NCBI RefSeq assembly: GCF_032191835.1
Contig: NC_083233.1
Span: 56,668,001 to 56,732,000 of the forward strand
DNA from: Heteronotia binoei
Lineage: Eukaryota
Direction of reading: 5' to 3'
DNA: 64,000 bases
Part shown: positions 61,300 through 64,000 of the stretch, piece after piece
Position numbering within the stretch: the first letter of the stretch is position 1
How the letters are laid out: every line of letters begins with the position of its first letter
Notes under the pieces: generated by a model
Database searches by the model: none
What the model saw: only the letters and a program-made list of their open reading frames with translations
Told to the model about the DNA's origin: nothing
Program-made: the position numbers and the translations under genes

Positions 61300-61829
61300 T
61301 GCCAGAATGGGGCTTACTCTCTGTTCTGAAGACTGCAGCCTAAGTTTGCTTAGGCATTCAGGCTGCGCTGAACTGACTTCTCTGGCCTACTGTGGAGAAG
61401 CGCTGAAAAATCACTGCTTCCCTTGAATTCAAAAGAGGACCCGATGCGATGCTCATACGTTGTAATGAGGCAGACCCATAGCAGAAAAGAATGGGAGGAA
61501 GAACACTCCCATGCTTTCCCTGTGCTTAAAAGTTTGAGTTCATGCTCATATCCCAATTATGCCGATCACTGAATGCTTTACCAAAAGCCTCCTCTAACAA
61601 AATAAAGAATGCTGTGTTTCCAAATTAGCCCTGGTATTCTGGTTCCAAAGCAGCATTGTTGTGAATATCTCCCTGGTGCTCAAAGTGACAGCAAGCCTGC
61701 ATTAAATGTATCATCTTGCCAGCATTTTATTGTGTGTGAAAGGCTTGGCTGTAGAGAATCACACCAGGAGCTCAGGATGTTCATACATATTTTCATGTTT
61801 AGCAAACATTATAGCAAGTAGATACAAAC

Positions 61830-62234
61830 CAGGCCCGTGACCAGAATTTTAAAAGTTTGGGGACATTTTAAAAAGTCATCGGGCACTTAGCAGGTCCCCT
61901 CCCCTGCCCACCACCGCTGTGACTCAGGGTGCCTGACCTTCCCTCCCACCCACACACCCCTGCCACTGCCACCGCCGCTTGAGGGGCCACAGGGGTGAAA
62001 GCTGAGAGGCTGGGGGCTGCCCCCATCCTCCCCCAGTGAGCCCTTTAAATGGCATGGAAGGGGCAGCAGCTGCTCCTTGGTACCCCTCCCATGCAATTTA
62101 AATTTGGGGGGAGGGAGGGGGTGGCCCCCAGCCTCCCAGGTTTCACCCCTGTAGCGGTGGGGGGAAGGTCTCTGTCACCTGACATGAAGTCAGGGGGCAG
62201 GGCCCCCACAGGCCTCACTGTAGCTACAGGCCTG
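61830..62234. mobile_element. hAT-type MITE in RITA1 intron 1
   Basis: TIR-like ends caggcccgt / acaggcctg; perfect 8-bp TSD ATACAAAC at 61822-61829 and 62235-62242. Confidence 0.82.
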
Positions 62235-62464
62235 ATACAAACCCGTAGCAGTATTCTTAAATTCTAGGCCCTCTTAGGAGAAGACCAGTCAAAATATTTG
62301 AATAAACTTTTCAATAAATTAAACCACAGTCTGTGTCAAACAATGCTGTCGTGCCACTCCTGGCCCCCATTCACCAGTGACTTGTTCATACAGATCTGGA
62401 TCCTGTGCTTCAAGCTGCCTGCAGCCCTGCATGGCACTTCCTGCAGCTCAGCTCCATCAAATCC

Positions 62465-64000
62465 ATGAAGGCCTCTGTAGAGCTGGCGGTGTCGGGAATC
62501 CAGGCCCTTCAGGTGCAACGCAGGGGCAGGAACAGCTACAGGGCCAAAGCCTCCTACGTGGATGAAACGCTCTTTGGCTCCCATGCTGAGCGCCAGTCAT
62601 CAGTTGTTGAATTCGATCCACCATGGGTGGATAAGCAACCCAGACCCCAGAGACCCTTGCTGTGGAGCCCTTCAGCATCACGATGTGAGTCGGACACTGG
62701 CCCCTTGAGAGCCCCTGTACCACCCAGCACTCCAAGAAAGAAAAACTACAGGTATGGGGAGTCTGAGGGGAACCGTCTGCTTACAATGATGGCATGTTCA
62801 GCAAGGTTTTTCCCAAAGATCCGGTCTTGAAGTGACATCTCACAAGAGTCATAGCAGCCAGGCTGCTTTCTTCAAGCAAAATTTGGCAGCCTGGCTGTTT
62901 GATTCATAAACTGCTTGGTTATATTGGAGTTTTGTGACTGCAAATCTTGGGTTAGTTTTTGGCCCTCCACAGCACCCATGGAGGGGAATTTGGAGCAGGA
63001 CTGAGTTGCAAGATAATTGGGGGGGGGAAGCATTAACACATATTTTTAGAAAGCTGAAATGTTTTAAATTGAGAAACTGATGAACCAGTTGGAATGCTGA
63101 AACCCAAATTTGTATTAAAGATAAACTTGTAAGGTCTGGAAAGTTTGCTGTAGTCTTTTTACTGGGGATCAGAAAGGAAGTGATGGGGAGGAGGGAGATC
63201 TCTCATGATTCTTTAATGTGATGGTTCAATGGCTATTTACCCCCAAACCTTTGAGATGGGTCAGTCTGTAAATGTAAGTAACCAAGTGAATACTATTGTC
63301 CTAACCATGTACCTTACCCTGACCTGCGTGGCCCAGGCTAGCCTGATCTCATCAGATCTCAGAAGTGCTACGCAGGGTCAGCCCTGGTTGGCATTTGTAT
63401 GGGAGACCACAGAAGAATACCAGAGTCACTCACTAGCAAACCACCTCTGTTAGTCTGTTGCCTTGAAAACACTAGGGGGTCACCATAAGTCACCTGTGAC
63501 TTGATAGCACCTTACACACACATGATCTTGTACCTTAGCATCATGGTATCTGAAATGGCTTCCCTGCAAGTGTTAGGTGTCATTCCATGTCTGTTTGGGA
63601 ATAAACATTTCTGTCTTCTCCTTATTTCTCCCTGCAGACTGAAAAGTCGCACACCATCCTACTGTGACGAGACACTGTTTGGTACAAAGTCAGGAGGACA
63701 GGATGGGTCTGTGCTCTGGATGAAAGAGGACACCGCTAAGCTTCACCCATTGCTTTGGACTCCACCATCCACTTCCGGAAATCATCCAAGCCTTCTTTCT
63801 TGTCAAAAAGAGAAACCATTAAAAGTCATTCATCGAGAAACACCCGGATCTCAGCAGACTGAGGCGTTTGAGGCACAATATAGAGAACACTCTTTCTGGA
63901 AGGACTCTGAGAATAATTCCCATGAGAACAACCAGGATGTCTTAGGCTGGACAGGGTATCAGCCTATTCACCGGGTGTACAGTGCCTCTGAAACATTCCA
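62465..64000 (+). CDS. RITA1: RBPJ-interacting and tubulin-associated protein 1; coding exons 62465-62751 and 63638 to the window end (incomplete)
   Basis: MKASVELAVSGIQAL...SYVDETLFGS...FDPPWV...TPRKKNYR spliced to LKSRTPSYCDETLFG...LLWTPP matches RITA1. GT-AG intron 62752-63637. Head-to-head with DDX54, as in mammals. Confidence 0.92.
63320..63520 (+). mobile_element. 5S rRNA-derived SINE
   Basis: Same family as the copy at 9011. Confidence 0.7.

Noticed and set aside
1-64000. CRISPR array, prokaryotic operon or endogenous non-retroviral virus
   Set aside because: No regularly spaced repeat-spacer array and no unexplained long ORF with viral or bacterial motifs. All long ORFs are explained by host exons, transposons or CpG islands.

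Overview
Eukaryotic genomic DNA from a squamate reptile, probably a gecko. That assignment rests on the Sauria SINE, BovB, DIRS, Penelope and CR1/L2 repeat content. The window holds the conserved vertebrate gene block RASAL1 - CFAP73 (CCDC42B) - DDX54 - RITA1. RASAL1 is represented by its first coding exon (minus strand). CFAP73 has 7 coding exons (plus strand, about 328 aa). DDX54 is complete, with 20 exons (minus strand, 837 aa) and one U12-type minor intron. RITA1 has two coding exons (plus strand) and runs off the window end. Introns and intergenic DNA are dense with transposons: a decayed BovB/RTE LINE flanked by Gypsy fragments, a decayed ~5.4 kb DIRS element, L2, CR1 and Penelope fragments, a Gypsy-type solo LTR, several SINE families and hAT-type MITEs. 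Main second-look items: a solo LTR inside the DDX54 minor intron; a recent palindrome extension into non-MITE flanking DNA; a degenerate hammerhead ribozyme and a Penelope fold-back hairpin; a SINE/Gypsy/BovB chimera; a three-level MITE-DIRS-MITE nest; and tandem RFX X-boxes upstream of CFAP73. No CRISPR array or prokaryotic system is present. Gene and repeat names come from remembered family motifs, not database searches.
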